Shown here: positions 47,942 to 59,189 of the stretch, piece after piece | Layout of the letters: every line of letters starts with the position of its first letter | Numbering within the stretch: the stretch's first letter is position 1 | Virus record (IMG/VR): IMGVR_UViG_3300038678_000291 | Location: 1-64,000 of that record | From: a virus | Strand: one strand, 5' to 3' | DNA length: 64,000 bases | Translations under genes and position numbers: made by a program | Notes under the pieces: generated by a model | Seen by the model: the letters and a program-made list of their open reading frames with translations, nothing else | Told to the model about the DNA's origin: nothing | Databases searched by the model: none

Positions 47942-50107
47942 ATGTTAACCAATCTAATCCAAAACATAGGCCACGGCTTCGGGAACGCCCGTGGCGCATT
48001 CTTGGCTGGCTATCAGAAGGCAAGTGGTGGCTGGAGAGACCTGGAAGCTATCTGGTCAAGTGTCTTGGGTGAATCTACCACTAACAGGAAAAGAACCGCC
48101 GCCCTTCAACTCAGGGAATTTCAGTCCTGGATTTACATTATCCTGACTACCATTTATGGGCGCACATCTACAGTCCCTTGGAACCTCAAGGTACAGCGGC
48201 CAGACAATACGCTAGAAAACTTGAATAACCAGCATGACCACCCGCTCCACAAGCTTCTCACCAAACCAAATCCGTTTATGACAGGTACCTTCTTTCAGCA
48301 AATTATTCAGACACAACTTGACCTTACCGGCATGGCCATGATCTGGAAAATTAGGAACGGCTTGCGCCGCCCCGCCGAACTATGGCCACTTAATATTTCC
48401 GAGTTTATGGATTTTATTCCCGGCACCACCACTAAAGATTTTATCAAAGGCTATCGCTTTACCAATATGGAGTTTCCTGTTGAAGATATTATTTATCTCT
48501 ATTATCCTAATCCTAACCCCACCTTTTTCTCCACACTTGCATCCCAACAGACAACCAATTTGTTTGCCAGCCTTGCGGGGATGTCGCCTATTCAGGCTAT
48601 GGCCCGGACAGTAGATATTGAGAAATATATTGAGGTTTATGAGCGGGATTTCTTTGAAAACTCCGCCAGGCCCGATGTAATCCTGACAATGAACGAGAAA
48701 AAGAATCTTGGCGAACCAGAGAGGGAAAGGATATTAACAAAATGGAAGCAAAAACACCAAGGCCCAAGGAAATTTTGGGAGCCGACGATTCTGAAGGATA
48801 TGACCGCAGAGATTCTCAAAACCAATAACAAGGATTTCCAACTTGCCAAAACAGCTAACTGGACCAAAGACATGTTGTTTGCTACCTACAGTGTACCGGA
48901 GGGGAAGGCGGGGCTGGTCAAGGATATAAACAGAGCCAATCAGATCGGGGTAGATATAACCTTCAACGAGGAATGTATTCAGCCTCGGCTAAATTTATGG
49001 GATGAGACATTCACCAACCAGCTTGCCCATGAATTTGACGAGAAGCTGGTAATCCAGCACGATAACCCGGTACCATCAGACAAGGAATTTATCCTCAAGC
49101 GGCAGGAGTTTGAGGTTAAGAATTATATTAAGTCTATCAATCAAATTCGTGATGAGTCGGGCTTGGATAATGTTGATTGGGGGGATAAGCCCTGGATGCC
49201 GCTTAACCTAGTACAGGCTGGTAGTAGCCCTGTAGGTGAAGGTGAACCGGGAAAGCTTTATACCGTCCCCGTGCAACTGGAAACCAAAAACTGGCTGGAC
49301 GATCCTGAGCGCAGGAAAGCATACTGGAAACGATTTGATGCGCGGGCAAAGAAACATGAGTTACTGTTTATCAAGGTAATGCGGAAGCTATTTGCCGATC
49401 AGCAAAGGGAGGTGCTGGCGAACTTAGCACGGCTTGCGCCACAGATAGAGTCGCAATTTGCTGGCTGGCATAAGGGTAAGGTGGCTCGGTATATCAAGAA
49501 AAATCCCCGCCTGGTGGCCGGAATATTATTTGACGAAAAGGAGCAGATTAAAGTATTTGAAAAGGCTGGTAAGCCGCTAATCAGCGATGCCTTTGAAGAT
49601 GCTGGCACCGAGATGTTTAGCGACCTGGATATTGAGTTTAGTTTTGATCTGCATAACGCCAGGGCGGATAAGTTTATTAAGGGCCGGGCTGGTAAATATG
49701 CAGGGCAGGTAGTAGGCACCACACACAAAACACTGAGAGAGACCCTTCTGGAAGGCTTCAGAGAGGGGGAGTCTGTCTCACAGCTTGCTAAGCGCATAAG
49801 GCATGAGTTTGACATAGCAGACCGCCACAGGGCGATTGTCATTGCCCGCACTGAGGTAATAGGCGCATCCAATGCTGGCAGTCTTGAGGGGATGAGGCAG
49901 TCGGGGGTGGTGAAAAAAAAGGAGTGGCTGGCTTCCCTGGATGATAGGGTACGGGATAGTCATGTTTCAATGGATGGGCAGGTAGTGGGGATTAACGAAC
50001 TATTCACATCTGGCGATGGTAATACGGCGCAACACCCCGGTGGGTTCGGGGTGGCAGAAGAGGATATTCAGTGCCGATGTACCACAGTGCCCGTGATTGA
50101 GGTGTAA
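47942..50107 (+). CDS. HK97-type portal fused to an SPP1 gp7/Mu gpF-like minor head domain
   Basis: HPL..LL.KPNP.MT, ELWPL, G.SPI, FFEN.A.P; C-terminal IARTE...KEW....D.RVR.SH..MDGQ...HP.....IQCRC. Confidence 0.93.
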   Translation: MLTNLIQNIGHGFGNARGAFLAGYQKASGGWRDLEAIWSSVLGESTTNRKRTAALQLREFQSWIYIILTTIYGRTSTVPWNLKVQRPDNTLENLNNQHDHPLHKLLTKPNPFMTGTFFQQIIQTQLDLTGMAMIWKIRNGLRRPAELWPLNISEFMDFIPGTTTKDFIKGYRFTNMEFPVEDIIYLYYPNPNPTFFSTLASQQTTNLFASLAGMSPIQAMARTVDIEKYIEVYERDFFENSARPDVILTMNEKKNLGEPERERILTKWKQKHQGPRKFWEPTILKDMTAEILKTNNKDFQLAKTANWTKDMLFATYSVPEGKAGLVKDINRANQIGVDITFNEECIQPRLNLWDETFTNQLAHEFDEKLVIQHDNPVPSDKEFILKRQEFEVKNYIKSINQIRDESGLDNVDWGDKPWMPLNLVQAGSSPVGEGEPGKLYTVPVQLETKNWLDDPERRKAYWKRFDARAKKHELLFIKVMRKLFADQQREVLANLARLAPQIESQFAGWHKGKVARYIKKNPRLVAGILFDEKEQIKVFEKAGKPLISDAFEDAGTEMFSDLDIEFSFDLHNARADKFIKGRAGKYAGQVVGTTHKTLRETLLEGFREGESVSQLAKRIRHEFDIADRHRAIVIARTEVIGASNAGSLEGMRQSGVVKKKEWLASLDDRVRDSHVSMDGQVVGINELFTSGDGNTAQHPGGFGVAEEDIQCRCTTVPVIEV

Positions 50108-52278
50108 AATGGCCTTTATACAAGACGACACAAAAATACAATTGATAAGGTTGTATGGGATTTTTTTGATTATTTGTGCTTGTATAAGTATCCCAATAAG
50201 GATAATAGAAATAACCTATGGAGAAGCCGAGCTTTTAAACAAGGCTCTGAGCTTAAATTTTTATGAGCTTGCCTGTGGGATGTTTTTAAAAAGCAAGCAT
50301 ATTAATTGTTTAGAGATATTTAGAAGGATGTAAACAGGGCAAATCAGCTTGGGGTGGAGACATGATATTTAAACCAACAGACATAGACCTAATCGTGAAT
50401 TCATATGAACATGGCGAGCAACTTGGCTTTCGTGCTGGGATGGCAATGGCGCTAAACGATGATTGGATACAAAGAGCCATGAACGAGGCCGTGCAATCAG
50501 ACCACTGGCTTAACGGAAATACTACAACCGCAAGCAACGAAGGAACCACGCAAGTAACGCAACAGGACGTAAGAAACGCTATTATTTTAGCTAAAGGCGA
50601 AAAACTTACGCCAAAACTTAGCTGTTTATATAACTGGGAATCTGTTCCTGTTGAATCGGTGGTTAGGCTAGCATTAACTTAATCAGACCATGAGACCAAT
50701 AGCTTACCTTAAGTCAATAATTTTCAATTTGCGGATAGCTTGGCACAATTGGCGATACCGCCGCATGTGGGATAAAGAGCAGTGGGCTAACTGGGCAACC
50801 ATTGCGGATATGCCACTCAGCAAAAAAGAACTCAAGAAGGCAGCCCGCCGAGGCATAGTGGAGACAAGACAGACACGAGGGGCGGGGACCGGTATGCTCA
50901 CCACGCAATATCGGTTTAACAGGGGTGTCCTGGGAGAATATTATCTTAAGGGTAGTTTGATTAAGGCTGCATTAAAACGAGGTTAATCATGGCATTAATA
51001 AACGGAAAAGATAGAGGCGGTCAAGCAGTATATAGATTAGCCGACGGCAAAATTATCCCCGTTGCGATATTGTTAGATACTGATGGAAATGTGATCCCGG
51101 TTCCAATAAGAAAAGACATGGAGGGAGGCGGGAAAATATCTGTTGGAACTACCGCCGTAGAAGTTACTTTTACCGGAACAACAACAACGATAATCATTAG
51201 CGCCGACCCAGAAAACACAGGGACACTATATGTTGGAAAATCAGACATTGATAGCAGCGGTAATAATTCTTTAACATTCCTGGAAGCCGGAGAAGATATA
51301 GCAATAAGATACGATGACAGCGAAAATCCTATTTATATCGTTGCTTCTGTTGCCAGCCAAAATTATTTTAAAGGAGCTTTGCTTTAGATGCAAATAATTA
51401 AAAACGCAAAAACAAGAATCTTTCCCGGTGGGCAAAAGTTTAAAGCTGAAAAGAATCTTACATTTTCCAATGATACGGGAACATTGACACTTTTCAACGT
51501 CACTGGGGATGTGATTGTAGAAATTATTCCAATTGTCATTACTGCAGTAGTATCCGCAGCGGCAGCAAATATTAGGTTAGGTATTGTTGGTTCTACCAAT
51601 GCCATGATTGCGGATACACTGGCAACCGACTTAGGTCTTGGGTTGTTATGGGTATCCTCCGAAGTTGATAGCAAAATAGAACCATATGATGCTGCTAGGC
51701 GTTTTATGGTTACAAGGGGGACTGATATTGTATTAACCCTATCAGCACAAGTTGATTCTGGCGCAATTACTTTTTATTGTTTTTGGACACCGTTATCTAA
51801 CGATGGAAAAGTTGTTGCAACTTAAGGACGGTAAAAGAACATGTCACACATAGCGGAAAAAGAAACAGCTTATGATAAGGCTAAAGTAGGGGACGAGCAT
51901 TTTCATTCCGCTTCTAAGGTATACCCAACGGGTACAACAGGTGCGGTAATAACATCGGCTTCAGATGCCTGGACGCTAGGAAACTTTACTGAAATTGTAC
52001 CCGTGAACACCATTACAGAAGATTTTGACATTCATTGGGTAAACATTGAAGGCGTGAGTGCTGACGGTATTTACGAAATTGTTTTATATGCGGCTACCAC
52101 AGAGATCGGGAGAATGAGGTTTACGGCGACCGATATAGCCAATGCAACTTTTTTGGCAGAAAGAAAAATGCAGACGAAAATACTGTTTAAAAACACACAA
52201 ATCCAAGCAAAAGTTATGACTGATAACGGAGGGCAGCAAGATACCGTAACGATCTCTTTGCATTATCACACATATTAG
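50097..52278 (+). CDS. Genes between portal and protease: three hypotheticals, then three beta-rich probable virion proteins (50989-51387, 51388-51825, 51841-52278)
   Basis: Co-oriented ORFs; T/G/I/V-rich composition in the last three. Confidence 0.5.
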
Positions 52279-53177
52279 CAATTATGGCCGAGGGGCAAAA
52301 CAATGACATTTCTGGAATGCGGACAGGATAAAGGCGGACAGACGGTGAAATAAGTACCCGGGGGGCTTGTTGTGCCAGCTACAATTGCAGTTGACCAATA
52401 CGGCAATCCACTAGAGCAGCAATTGGCGGGTGCTTCGGTAAATTTTGTTTTAGCACAGGCGGTTTTGTAAAGGGGCGTTGCAATGGAGAAACAAGACGAA
52501 AAGCAAGCGGAAAAAGATTTTCCCAAGTGGTTTAGATTTATGTTTATTTTGTTTGGATTTATATATCCCAAGAAAAGCGTGAGGCTTGCTGCTGTGCAGG
52601 CTTGGAATAATAATTTTGGTTATATTTGTAAGATGACAGAAAAGGACGTTAACTGAAGGAGGTTGTTCTAAGTGGAAAAAGACCAAATACCTAGCATCAA
52701 AATCACGGTAGACAAAAAAGCCATGAAGGCAGTTGTTGCTACCGCAAAAACATTTAAAAAAGTAGAAAGGCTTTTAAAGTCAAACGGCGAATTACTTGCC
52801 GAAATTCTTGAGGGCACTCTGAAAGGAGTCTAATGCCCTTTTCTGTCAGGGAGTTTATGGTAGGAGCAGAAAAGTTCCCGCTTCCCAAAAGCATATAATA
52901 TGCAACTTAAACAATCAACGGTACTGGAAAACTTAAAGACCAGGATTGACCGCTTGGCAAAGGAAGGATTTTTTGGTATACTAAAGATAACCTTTGTCAA
53001 GGGGGAGATAAGCGTGGTAAAGCAGGAGGCACTTTTTAAGCCGGAGGAAGTATGAATAATTCTGAGCTAGCAGGTTGGATTGTGTGTCTCATAATATTCG
53101 TTGTAGGATTGGTTGCGGGCGGAAATTTACAGTACAAAATCAATTAATTAAGATAACCAACATAACATAATCTGACT

Positions 53178-53241
53178 GACCTGGTCAGGGAAACTGAAGG
53201 GTCGGGTATAGGAGCTAACCACTTCTTGCCCGACCCTTTTT
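53178..53241 (+). promoter_or_regulatory. Terminator-like leader hairpin upstream of prohead protease
   Basis: AAGGGTCGGGTA..GGAG / CTTC.TGCCCGACCCTT followed by TTT. Confidence 0.65.
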
Positions 53242-53273
53242 GCGTTTGTGGAGAAAAAGAGGAGACCGTTGCA

Positions 53274-55442
53274 ATGGCTTATTTCATAGGGAAAACAGAG
53301 GACGGACAAGACATTTACGGAATGGATTTTGATATAGAGGTTAAGGAGGCTAAGCAGACCGAGGACGGTAAGCGTGTAATTTCTATGATTGGCTCTACCC
53401 CCAGCGTGGACAGGGATGGGGATACCATCAACCAGTCCGGGTGGGATTTAAGGGCATTTAGAAGCAATCCCGTGGTTCAGTGGGCACATAGCCACGCCAT
53501 TCCCGCCATAGGCCGAGCCAACAAGTTTATCAAAAGCAAGGAATCTCTGGATTTCCAGGAGATAGAATTTCCCAAAGAAGGGATACATCCATTCGCCGAC
53601 ATGATTTATGCGCTGCTCAAGGATAAATTTATCAGGATGTGCAGTGTCGGGTTTATTCCTCTCAAGCATGAAAAACGGGAAGTTGAGGATGACGAAAAAG
53701 ACCGTTTCTGGTCACCTCGTAATTTTATCAAGCAGGAGCTTTTGGAACTTTCCATCTGCAATGTGGGTAGCAATAGAGATGCCTTAGTCTACCTCCAGGG
53801 CAAGGGATTCAAGGGTGATGATGTGAACAAGCTGTTTGACTCCATGATGATCCAAGAGAAGCGGGTTATCCCCTATAAGCAGACCCCCAAAGACCCAGAG
53901 GATGCCACTTGGAACGGCCCCAAAGAGGTAGCTGCTGCCGAGGTTAGCGATCTTAAGATTATGTGCACCTGGGTTGATCCTGATAACGACGAGATTAAGT
54001 CAGGCTACAAGCTGCCCCACCATCGGGCAAGCGGTCATAACACTGTCTGGAAGGGTGTGGCTGCTGCTATGGCTGCATTGCTGGGGGCCAGGGGTGGGGT
54101 GGAGATACCCGAAGGCGAGCGCAAAAGAGTTCACGGACATTTGGCAAAACACTATAAAGAATGGGATAAGCCCGTGCCTGATTTTAAAGAATATTCTGAG
54201 GCAGAACTTGAAAAGATATTTCCTGATGCTGAAAGCTGTGTGGAATGCGATAAGACCCTCAGTATTAAGCCTAGCGAAAAATTTGTCTACGAAAGCAAAC
54301 AACACCTATGTCGGAGTTGTCTTGATAATCTTAGCCTGGATTGGCCGAGCCTAGTTACCAAAGAACTCGCCGAGAAACCCTATGCCAACGAGCATGCCTG
54401 CCGCCTGAAATCCCCCGATCAATACGATAGCTTTGCCCGCAAAAACTGTGCTGTCAAGCATGACGGCAAATGCATTGACCATATCTACGGCATCAAAGAT
54501 GGTAAATCCGATTTACAAGCCATGAGATACCCGAGGGATGTATGGTCTGCTACCGACGCCCGTGCCCATTGCAAAGACAAGGGTGGAGCCTTTGAGGCAG
54601 CTAAGGAGGCGGCAAGCGAATGTCTTGAGTGTGGTAAGGCTGTCAGCCTTGAAAGCGGTGAACAGTTTACCTGCGAGGGCAAGTGCCCACTGTGTGAGGG
54701 ATGCTTTGATAAGGCGAAGGGCACGGCCAAAATTGACCTTTCTGGCCTAACCAGGAGGTTTTGTGTTGAGTGTAACAAGGAAATTGATTTTATGAAAAAG
54801 GATACATTTGAAATCAATGATGACATAAAGGTCGTATGTATTGAGTGTGTCGACATTGGAATCAAGGCTGGGGCTGAAATTGAGCCATGTGCTTTTTGTG
54901 GAAACGATGTTACAAGCAAACTCGTTTGCGAATCATGTGTCAAGGCCGGTGCAGTCCTAAACCGTGCCAACAAAAAGAAACTAAGGGACGCTATGCGTCT
55001 TATCGGTGAAGTCCTTGCCTCTTCCGAACCGGCGGTAGAGGACGGAAGGGATGCCACTGACACTAAATCGCAACCCCCGGAAGAGGTCGATTTTCAAACC
55101 CTCAACGTCGAACAGCGATTGGCTGCCTTTGAAGTGAGTTTCGCGGAGGGGATAAGGCAACTCAGAGCAGATATTGCTGCTTATGCCAAGTTTACGGGCC
55201 AATCACAGACCGCAGACAAAGACGAGATTGACCTTGACGATGATTCCGAAGCTCCTGACGAAATCAATCTGGAGGAACTGGAGCTGTCCTCCAATCCCGA
55301 AAAGGACAAAGACGAGATTGATTTGGGCACCACTTTAGTTGACGGTAAGCAATTCCTGGAAGAGCTTGGCAAGGAAATCAACCAGTCGGTTACAAATGTA
55401 GTGACCCAGGAATTTAACCGTGTAACCGGCAAAGTAGACTAA
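53274..55442 (+). CDS. HK97-family prohead protease with a long multi-domain extension
   Basis: ST..VDRDGD.I...GW.L..F..NPVV.WAH, SVGFIP, ELLE.S...V..N; then KLPHH and YANEHACRL domains, four Zn ribbons and an acidic tail. Confidence 0.9.
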   Translation: MAYFIGKTEDGQDIYGMDFDIEVKEAKQTEDGKRVISMIGSTPSVDRDGDTINQSGWDLRAFRSNPVVQWAHSHAIPAIGRANKFIKSKESLDFQEIEFPKEGIHPFADMIYALLKDKFIRMCSVGFIPLKHEKREVEDDEKDRFWSPRNFIKQELLELSICNVGSNRDALVYLQGKGFKGDDVNKLFDSMMIQEKRVIPYKQTPKDPEDATWNGPKEVAAAEVSDLKIMCTWVDPDNDEIKSGYKLPHHRASGHNTVWKGVAAAMAALLGARGGVEIPEGERKRVHGHLAKHYKEWDKPVPDFKEYSEAELEKIFPDAESCVECDKTLSIKPSEKFVYESKQHLCRSCLDNLSLDWPSLVTKELAEKPYANEHACRLKSPDQYDSFARKNCAVKHDGKCIDHIYGIKDGKSDLQAMRYPRDVWSATDARAHCKDKGGAFEAAKEAASECLECGKAVSLESGEQFTCEGKCPLCEGCFDKAKGTAKIDLSGLTRRFCVECNKEIDFMKKDTFEINDDIKVVCIECVDIGIKAGAEIEPCAFCGNDVTSKLVCESCVKAGAVLNRANKKKLRDAMRLIGEVLASSEPAVEDGRDATDTKSQPPEEVDFQTLNVEQRLAAFEVSFAEGIRQLRADIAAYAKFTGQSQTADKDEIDLDDDSEAPDEINLEELELSSNPEKDKDEIDLGTTLVDGKQFLEELGKEINQSVTNVVTQEFNRVTGKVD

Positions 55443-55452
55443 GGAGCATAAA

Positions 55453-56661
55453 ATGACAAAAGAAGACCTGTTGGGCTTCATCAAAGCCTCAACGGACGCC
55501 GCTGTGAAGGAAGCTCTAGCCATACAGCTTAAGTCTCTGTTGGAGGTTGAAGCAAAGGAACTTAAGGCCAGCGTTGGGGCTGGTTACCAGGCTGCGGAGA
55601 GATACAATTCGCAGTTTGTGCCCACTAAGGGCGGGGACCTGATTAATCCCCTAGCTGCAAAAAATTCCCTCCAGTACAATGAGTTCGGGAATTACTGGAT
55701 TAAGCTAGCCCCAGATGGGGAAATTGAGAATTGGGTTAAGTCGTTTGTGGCAACCATTAAGGATCAGACCGTATCATCTAATACCGGGAGTGGGTTCTTG
55801 GTGCCAGAAGAGTTCGAGGCTTCTGTCATTCAGTACCGAGAGCCAAATAATATTGTATGGCCCCGTGCCACCATTGTTCCAATGAACACGGACACCAAAA
55901 AACACCCAAAGTTGGCGCAGGTTAGCGTTGGGACGGTAAATCATTTTGGCGGAGTGGTGTTTAATTGGACTGAGGAAACCGGAACCAAAATCGAAACGGA
56001 ACCTAAATGGGAGCAGGTCGTGTTACAGGCTAAAGAACTTTCGGCCTATACCCAGATTAGCGACACACTGTTGGCTGATAGTCCTATCAACCTGATCAAC
56101 TTTATGACTGATCTCTTCCGGCGGGCCTGGATGTGGACTACCGATAAGGTTTATATTGATGGTGATGCTGCCGGTAAACCTCTGGGCGTGATTGAAGACC
56201 CGGCCATCATTACTGTAGCTCGTCAGACTGCCGGTGCAGTGGTGCTAACTGACATCAGCAACATGTATGAGCAGCACCCGGTTCACTTCATGAACGGGGC
56301 TGTGTGGTTCATGAGCAAGCAGATTGAGGCTCGGTTGCTCAATGAGCGGTCAACCACCAATGACCTGCTGTTGCGGAACATGCTGTCAGTTAAAGACGGC
56401 AGAATTTCAACCCTGAAGGGGCATCCCATTGCCCTGTCCGATAACAAGACCCCAACCCTGGGTACTAAGGGCGATGTAATCCTCGGCAACTGGAGGGAAG
56501 GTTACTACATCGGGCGCAGACAGGGCTTGAAGTTGAATCGTAGTGAGCATGTAGCCTTTCTGCAAAACATGCTTACCCTCCGGGCTACTGGCCGGGTGGC
56601 CGGTGTTCCGGCTCAGCCGAAGGCATTTGTAGTGTTGGATGTAGCTGAGGGTGGCAGCTAA
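55453..56661 (+). CDS. Major capsid protein (HK97 fold)
   Basis: GFLVPEEF, W..E...K.ET.P, IS..LL.DS, GD...KPLG, L.G.P, AFVVL. Confidence 0.95.
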   Translation: MTKEDLLGFIKASTDAAVKEALAIQLKSLLEVEAKELKASVGAGYQAAERYNSQFVPTKGGDLINPLAAKNSLQYNEFGNYWIKLAPDGEIENWVKSFVATIKDQTVSSNTGSGFLVPEEFEASVIQYREPNNIVWPRATIVPMNTDTKKHPKLAQVSVGTVNHFGGVVFNWTEETGTKIETEPKWEQVVLQAKELSAYTQISDTLLADSPINLINFMTDLFRRAWMWTTDKVYIDGDAAGKPLGVIEDPAIITVARQTAGAVVLTDISNMYEQHPVHFMNGAVWFMSKQIEARLLNERSTTNDLLLRNMLSVKDGRISTLKGHPIALSDNKTPTLGTKGDVILGNWREGYYIGRRQGLKLNRSEHVAFLQNMLTLRATGRVAGVPAQPKAFVVLDVAEGGS

Positions 56662-56691
56662 AAACTAGCTGACCGTTTAACCATTTACCGT

Positions 56692-56736
56692 TTTGGTGGT
56701 CGGTAGCTGCGTAACCAACGGTTGCTGACCACCAAA
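56692..56736 (+). promoter_or_regulatory. Long hairpin after the capsid gene
   Basis: TTTGGTGGTCGGTAGCTG-CGTAACCAA-CGGTTGCTGACCACCAAA (G-U pairs on the + strand). Confidence 0.7.
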
Positions 56737-56761
56737 GTCAATTTTTACCAAGGAGGTTGAA

Positions 56762-57202
56762 ATGGCTCAAACACGGGATTTAACCAGTGTTTTGAAGATG
56801 ATTGATTTCCTGCTGCGGGGTAGCCTGTCAGCAGCAACCCATATCACCAAACCAGTAGACTTGCGGGCTGCTATTACCAATAGCGACCTCACGGAAGTCG
56901 TGACCCGCATCATACTCGGTATGGCAGTTGAATTTGGCGGTGCCGGTACCATCGACATTGAGGTGCTGCATTCCGATGATGTTTCTTTCGGTTGGGTAAG
57001 GGTTGGCACAATTGCCCAAGCATCCGCTGCTGATGGTGCCAACTTCTACCATTCGGAATTCTATAACCTGAAGCGGTATGTCAGGCTACAGATTACCGTG
57101 ACAGGTGTGGTTGCAGCAATTTGCATTATCGGTGCTGGCGATCATGGGTTGAGAGAGCCTGTGGTACAGACGGGCACTCAGTTGGTCTATACCGCTGCGT
57201 AA
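56762..57202 (+). CDS. Probable head decoration/cement protein
   Basis: Directly after the capsid gene; beta-sandwich with KRYVRL. Confidence 0.6.
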   Translation: MAQTRDLTSVLKMIDFLLRGSLSAATHITKPVDLRAAITNSDLTEVVTRIILGMAVEFGGAGTIDIEVLHSDDVSFGWVRVGTIAQASAADGANFYHSEFYNLKRYVRLQITVTGVVAAICIIGAGDHGLREPVVQTGTQLVYTAA

Positions 57203-57252
57203 GAAAAAAGGAATGGGGGACTGGTGATATTGCCAGTCCCCTAAACCCCACC

Positions 57253-58326
57253 ATGGACACAATTAAAATCAAATTTATCAACACAGACTTGATGAACCAT
57301 TTTGGGGCGGTAGCAGAGGTTCCCTATGATTGGGGAATGAAAAGAATAAGCAAGGGTCACGCTATCCTTTACCAGCCCCAAAAAAATACATATACACCGT
57401 TATATTTTGCATCTCCCCAAAAGATAGTTTCCCCTAAAACAAGCGCAGTAATGGGTTTGCGCAAATATCCCGAAATAGTCTGGGTGCAAGATAATAACAT
57501 CATGGGGGGGGCGGAGCTTAGCAGCCGCCAAGTCATTAATGTTGGCAGGAGATTAGGGTTTGAAATTCATGTTTTAACCCCACAAAACTTTGATTTTAGT
57601 ATATTGAGGAATGCAAAATTGCTTATCCTCAATAATATTTTTACATTCAACTCTACTCAGATGGTAGAGATCAAGCGGGCAATCTTTGAATTCCAGATTC
57701 CCTATATCAAATATGAGCATGATATGAGAGAGGCATATGATAATAGACTCAGCTTTTCCCGGCGTCTATTCAAACACTCTAAGCTAAACATGTTTATCTC
57801 ACCTCTACATCTACAGGAATATCAAACCAAGATTTACGACATGAGTCCTTCCTATACTTTCCCCCTTGCCATTGATGTAGACAGGTTCAAACCAAACCCT
57901 AAAATCAAGCGGGATATAAAAAAAGTAGTGCATACCTCTGGAAACCTGCATAACAAAGGATTGGTGTCTTTGTTTGCTATGACTAAGCAGCGCAAGGATT
58001 TAAGATTTGAAATCTATGTGGGCGACAATAATCTCATTGCCCAGATGTTTGCTAAGGCTAAGAATGTTAGGCTGATGCCCAGGATTGACAACGACAAGAT
58101 GCCAGATGTCTATAGTGGAGCGGGCTATTTGGTGCATCTGCCGACAGGGGCTTGGGCAGGGGAGCGGGTGGTATTGGAAGCTGCTCTCTGTGGCTGTAAG
58201 CTAATAATCAATGACAATGTAGGGCATAAATCCTGGGGCTGGGATTTAGAGGACATAGGTGCTCTCAGGGATAAGCTGAAGGTAGCGCCTTATGACTTTT
58301 GGCATAGGGTTGAGGAGGTAATGTGA
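57253..58326 (+). CDS. Glycosyltransferase (GT-B/GT4-like)
   Basis: GGAE, HD, NKG, R..LEA.LCGC.LI.N.NVG. Confidence 0.8.
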   Translation: MDTIKIKFINTDLMNHFGAVAEVPYDWGMKRISKGHAILYQPQKNTYTPLYFASPQKIVSPKTSAVMGLRKYPEIVWVQDNNIMGGAELSSRQVINVGRRLGFEIHVLTPQNFDFSILRNAKLLILNNIFTFNSTQMVEIKRAIFEFQIPYIKYEHDMREAYDNRLSFSRRLFKHSKLNMFISPLHLQEYQTKIYDMSPSYTFPLAIDVDRFKPNPKIKRDIKKVVHTSGNLHNKGLVSLFAMTKQRKDLRFEIYVGDNNLIAQMFAKAKNVRLMPRIDNDKMPDVYSGAGYLVHLPTGAWAGERVVLEAALCGCKLIINDNVGHKSWGWDLEDIGALRDKLKVAPYDFWHRVEEVM

Positions 58327-58573
58327 AATATAGGCTAAAAGTTTTAGAGAAAACTACTGACATTGAGATTGACGGGGAAATTTCTAGCCTTACAAATAAG
58401 ATAAAGATTTGCAGATTATCCAATAATCTAAAATCGGTTGAGGCAATAGAACAAGTGGGATGAAAGCTTGAAAGTGAATTCCCAGAATTTAAGTGGATTT
58501 TTTTGCGTGGAAACGACATTGAAATTTTGGAATTGGAACAAATTGAAAACTGAGGGGATATTGTAATTTTAAG

Positions 58574-58991
58574 TTTAGGTGCGTACCGTTAAATCAAGTA
58601 AAGCCAAGAAAGGAGAGTAAAGTCATGGAAGGTAAGGAAACAGTGCCCCCTACAGAAAACACACAGGGGGAAAAACAAGCTGAGGATTACTTGGATTGGT
58701 TGCCAGTTGCAATGCAAGCCATCAAAGAAGAGCACAATGTTCTGATTGCCAGGATATGTACACTTCTGGAGGCAACAATATCCAGCAATCTCGGTTCACA
58801 GCTTACGGCAATCAAACGAACCATGAAGGATATTGTGCGTGAGGAGCAGGACAGAATGAATGATTATTTGGATTTACGGGCATATCCTAATCATATTCAT
58901 TGTGAACCTGCCACATATAAGCGGTTTTGGGTAGGCAGCAATAATGGAGTGAAGAACGATTAATTTCTAACCAACACGGTACGCACCTAAA
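58574..58991. repeat. Perfect 16-bp inverted repeat enclosing ORF 58625-58963
   Basis: TTTAGGTGCGTACCGT (58574-58589) / ACGGTACGCACCTAAA (58976-58991). Confidence 0.85.
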
Positions 58992-59189
58992 TCATGAGGG
59001 AAATGTAATGAGCAGGAAAAAGGGAAGCAACCCCCCGCCACCCGGCTTTAAGTATCGACCAAAGCCACCACCATCTCCTCCACACAACCGAGGGTGCAAG
59101 TGCGGGCAATGCCTAAACAATAGCCACCAATCTTTTCGGACAATGGCAGTGAGAAAAAATGAGGCTGGCGGATTCTTAGTGGGGTAACC

